Source of the DNA: Scenedesmus sp. PABB004
Taxonomy: Eukaryota
DNA: 64,000 nucleotides
Assembly: GCA_014905635.1 (NCBI GenBank)
Contig: JABVCE010000037.1
Location: 62,001-126,000, forward strand
Direction of reading: 5' to 3'
Part shown: piece by piece, positions 63,877 through 64,000 of the stretch
How the letters are laid out: each line of letters begins with the position of its first letter
Numbering within the stretch: the stretch's first letter is position 1
Position numbers and translations under genes: made by a program
Notes under the pieces: model-generated
Database searches by the model: none
What the model was told of the DNA's origin: nothing
The model's input: the letters and a program-made list of their open reading frames with translations, nothing else

Positions 63877-64000
63877 GCGGCCACTGCCTAGGGGCCAGGC
63901 TCAGAGGCAGGCCTGGACGCGGCGGCGCAGTGCCGCACCGCAGCGGCTCGCTCGATTGATTGATTGACTGACTCGCACAGAGCGGGAGCAGCGGCCGCGG

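Overview
Extremely GC-rich, intron-dense eukaryotic nuclear DNA, most likely a chlorophyte green alga (Sphaeropleales-like; inferred from GT[GA][CA]G donors, TGTAA poly(A) signals, TTTAGGG-like motifs and an OPR gene). Most ORF-track entries are GC-driven artefacts; the real genes were rebuilt by splicing exons by hand. The window holds about 12 genes: a 5'-truncated mTERF-like protein, a giant secreted mosaic protein with internal tandem duplications, a TLDc protein, an OPR protein, mitochondrial aconitase, a GPI-type surface protein, a Cys-loop ligand-gated channel, a TolB-like propeller, a papain+LysM+LRR secreted protein (with a broken paralog remnant upstream), DUS3, an OSCA/TMEM63 channel and a sulfatase. 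Highlights: (1) a secreted cysteine protease-LysM-LRR fusion that looks like a combined sensor and effector; (2) a nicotinic-receptor-like channel hit by two apparent short retroelement insertions, one with a 22-bp target-site duplication and one adding an in-frame stop; (3) about 19 GC-AG introns; (4) bacterial-type extracellular modules in intron-rich algal genes; (5) a 13-nt microexon needed to keep aconitase in frame. All domain calls come from motif recognition; no database searches were run.
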